Source of the DNA: Eubacteriales bacterium
GTDB lineage: Bacteria > Bacillota > Clostridia > Saccharofermentanales > DTU023
DNA length: 14,764 bases
Direction: 5' to 3'
Assembly (NCBI GenBank): GCA_030537525.1
Contig: JAUNVU010000019.1
Location: 1 to 14,764, forward strand
Within the stretch, counting starts at the first letter, position 1; each line of letters begins with the position of its first letter. The notes under the pieces were generated by a model. It was not told the origin of the DNA, ran no database searches, and saw only the letters and a program-made list of their open reading frames with translations. A program made the position numbers and the translations under genes. This document shows positions 13,701 to 14,764 of this stretch, piece after piece.

Positions 13701-14067
13701 GGAGCTGGCTGCCAAACTCGGTGTCGATCCTGACAATCTCGAGGATCAGTTCCTGGATTATCAGGACTACTGCAAAGCGGGCTACGACTCTCAGCTGCAT
13801 CGCCCCGACACCTATCTCAAGCAGTTGACGACTGAAGGACCATACTACGCCCTAGCAGTTTTCCCGACCATTCACCACAGCTTGGGTGGTCCGAGGAAGA
13901 ATGCGGCAGGCCAGGTCCTAGACATCGACGGCAAGATCATTCCAGGTCTCTACAGCGCGGGTAATATCGGCTCCTTCTTTGCCGATATCTATCCTGAGGG
14001 TGGTGATCTGAGTGAGTGCATCATAGTCGGTAGAATTGCAGGAACGAACGCCGCAAAGAAGAAATAA
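10750..14067 (+). CDS. Large secreted multidomain protein (1105 aa). Signal peptide; novel N-terminal domain; Pro-rich linker; Cys-rich middle domain; PGK-repeat linker; C-terminal FAD-dependent oxidoreductase domain (FAD_binding_2; fumarate reductase/urocanate reductase/KstD superfamily)
   Basis: The start is ATG 10750, with GAGAGGAGG ending 4 nt upstream. The ORF track began at TTG 10720 with no RBS. Signal peptide: MNKKLYCVILASIFLLSILLAMVPLGPAVKA|DT. Proline-rich run: PPPPAPPVPPVSAQQPKPNTPPPLPPPPPGPS. KPGKPGKPGK linker. C-terminal domain: DVIVYGLDAAGAVAAITAAEEGAAVLVVDR (Rossmann beta-alpha-beta), VILAAGGFEAN, HHSLGG, and IPGLYSAGNIGSFFADIYPEGGDLSECIIVGRIAG (the family's C-terminal FAD-contact motif). 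No C-terminal sorting signal is present. Confidence 0.85.
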   Translation: MNKKLYCVILASIFLLSILLAMVPLGPAVKADTVYLYPGATGSITRIAYRYDWTYLGDGFDVVPVLIQENLLNQPEPLYEGFVDEQLFINEIEEMGDTVVFGEPSSSDNDLFAEEEQGDDNRWTQTPDYVNLLIRHITIQLDGTEMLMEDVWHELAYGQTYLTANFAREYEGFYYSEQNQATFNSNDEMIFVYYIAYPIIDDLGSLEDVEEPEIPNDNLTPPINIAPPPPAPPVPPVSAQQPKPNTPPPLPPPPPGPSTSDAPPSIETPSGGDEYDDPEGPRQGSSKRPKKDSEDAELRVNLEKEHSETPTYDDSVIDDEVQTSVVLHAVDIDSMKELDHVEFTTNLLLWTYTDLDALVTVPQEYRLLDPPENDFHYYLTPNETNEITLYYRVEQGPVIVIIAVDCGDGVLHMLGSYDILDLGPLKEVYTLGELTNHYPLPSGYEYSVDRNIPEYEIPATSELVELVLIAESDYCTEPQDFSYLVRHWAMVNGQLKFLDFEIRPAKPGDVVPLQSIAKNFLPLYSLAGIPPNRAAYMVSFTNNVIDLYYRPCYYIVSPPDQCENNGCMLGPPIVKIEIKCPGFWCWQETLEILVPPTEVKPPYIPKPSKPGKPGKPGKSEKIQWNASYDVIVYGLDAAGAVAAITAAEEGAAVLVVDRNGPNETGGYTKHCPQQLLYSEDEAGATKFFKSLRGDYDHLSDEHIKALATGSLAVPQWLKDHGASQLYDLGYVQYEELPGGEKMKMLTLHEKAKNDRAFYNLLLQNLLEIKNKQGKYKQIKGSIKYSYNSNLINLIQDPKSKAVLGIEIKQKGKNYKLEAKGGVILAAGGFEANEEMIENFLQLPEALSRYGHDASGDAIRASMKIGADLWHMGNVAGYDLHFKPTFGPDKIDKRRNIQGYFEDQLGDRSCFVVGPNGRRFTDESAELRLGHWDPAGNWVAQQIPPRAWVIFDEPGLTQAPLYPGWSNDNQAEVKKGWLLKADSIKELAAKLGVDPDNLEDQFLDYQDYCKAGYDSQLHRPDTYLKQLTTEGPYYALAVFPTIHHSLGGPRKNAAGQVLDIDGKIIPGLYSAGNIGSFFADIYPEGGDLSECIIVGRIAGTNAAKKK
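12573..12599 (+). repeat. Tandem 9-bp repeat x3 inside the coding region (encodes KPGKPGKPG)
   Basis: caagcctgg / caaacctgg / caaacctgg. It is a potential slipped-strand length-variable linker. Confidence 0.5.
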
Positions 14068-14073
14068 ATTACT

Positions 14074-14104
14074 GGGGTCAGGTAGGTCAGGCCTGGCCCC
14101 TTTT
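14074..14104 (+). terminator. Rho-independent terminator after the large secreted-protein gene
   Basis: GGGGTCAGG-taggtcagg-CCTGGCCCC forms a 9-bp stem with one G-U pair. It is followed by TTTTccTTaaTTT and starts 7 nt after the TAA stop. Confidence 0.75.
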
Positions 14105-14149
14105 CCTTAATTTGGCAACGCAATCAAGGGAAGAAGGGAGGTTTCGCGT

Positions 14150-14764
14150 ATGCTCGGAAGATTTAATTGTAAACGCTTCTTGCTGTTCTTACTCAGTCTA
14201 CTTTTGACACTGTCCGCCGTGCTCTTACCACAAGATAGTGAGGTTTTTGCCAGCTATTACATCAATTATGGTGAATATGGTGAAATCGACTTTGGTGATG
14301 GCAATACCTATTATTGGACTTACCAAGGTGAAGGACCTGGAGTCGGTACATTTACGGTCGACCCAGCCAGTAATGGTCTAGCCCATAATGAGCCACTCTA
14401 CAGCGGTTCTCTGAGCTTAGATACGGCGCGTGAACTCTTTTCGCAAGTGGATATTTACGATGTTGTTTTCGCTGGTGAAGAGCAGGTAGAACCTGAACCG
14501 ACTGAAGCACAAGTAGAAAATGTCATTGTGGTTTTCCACCACGTCTACTTAGATAGTAATGGTGTCTGGCAGTATGCAGCCAATGACACCTACTTTGAAA
14601 TGCTGAAGGATGAATACAGCAACCTAGGTCTCTATTATCTCAAAATTGAAGGCTTCAAGCCCGCAATTATAGATATTTACAGCATTCAATTTACGCCCAC
14701 CGACGGTGAGCAAGACAGCTATGGTAATTACCACTTCAATCTGGAATACGAGAAATTACCAGAG
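14150..14764 (+). CDS. Secreted protein, 3'-truncated at the window end. It is a paralog of the N-terminal domain of the upstream 1105-aa protein. It was not in the supplied ORF track because there is no stop codon in the window.
   Basis: RBS AAGGGAGG lies 7 nt upstream of ATG 14150. Signal peptide: MLGRFNCKRFLLFLLSLLLTLSAVLLPQDSEVFA. The frame is open for 205 codons to the window edge. It shares the motifs WTYxGxG (YYWTYQGEGPG versus YDWTYLGDGF) and EPLYxG (NEPLYSGS versus PEPLYEGF). It also shares DVVFAGEE versus DTVVFGEPS, in collinear order with the big protein. Confidence 0.7.
   Translation, partial: MLGRFNCKRFLLFLLSLLLTLSAVLLPQDSEVFASYYINYGEYGEIDFGDGNTYYWTYQGEGPGVGTFTVDPASNGLAHNEPLYSGSLSLDTARELFSQVDIYDVVFAGEEQVEPEPTEAQVENVIVVFHHVYLDSNGVWQYAANDTYFEMLKDEYSNLGLYYLKIEGFKPAIIDIYSIQFTPTDGEQDSYGNYHFNLEYEKLPE

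Noticed and set aside
1-14764. CRISPR arrays, IS elements, integrase/transposase, toxin-antitoxin or restriction-modification genes
   Set aside because: There are no repeat-spacer arrays and no DDE/tyrosine-recombinase-like ORFs. No long terminal inverted repeats were seen on either strand. The only tandem repeats are short in-frame coding repeats (KPG x3 and the CAG-rich run).

Overview
The window looks like a chromosomal accessory region from a low-GC Gram-positive (Bacillota-like) genome. Support for that placement: strong GGAGG ribosome-binding sites, a lipobox, and a YdjG/H/I-type gene set. Reading left to right: (1) A zinc-type ABC importer operon in the order substrate-binding protein (5'-truncated, His-rich loop), then ATPase, then permease. 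The permease is fused in frame to a ~200-aa C-terminal Cys-rich extracytoplasmic domain. (2) A three-gene membrane module: an SPFH/band-7 protein with C-terminal double zinc ribbon (YdjI-like), a double-zinc-ribbon membrane protein (YdjG-like), and a TPM-domain protein (YdjH-like). No pspA is present and the gene order differs from B. subtilis. (3) Convergent to that module on the minus strand: a CPC-type P1B-2 (Zn/Cd/Pb-class) heavy-metal exporting ATPase. Upstream of it on the same strand is an unusual XRE-family helix-turn-helix (HTH) regulator fused to a beta-helical GIN/DUF4097-like repeat domain, with no transmembrane segment. (4) Two tandem tRNA-Ser genes (UGA and GCU anticodons) with their own sigma-A-like promoter and an intrinsic terminator. 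(5) A 1105-aa secreted multidomain protein. It has a signal peptide, a novel N-terminal domain, Pro-rich linkers, a Cys-rich middle domain and a C-terminal FAD_binding_2 (fumarate reductase/KstD superfamily) oxidoreductase domain. That domain has a degenerate dinucleotide motif and lacks the fumarate-site Arg. (6) Downstream, a 3'-truncated secreted protein that is a paralog of the big protein's N-terminal domain. No CRISPR array, integrase or transposase is visible. Several palindromes and repeated half-sites in the intergenic regions are flagged as candidate operators. All functional calls rest on motif-level recognition from the translated sequence; no database searches were run.
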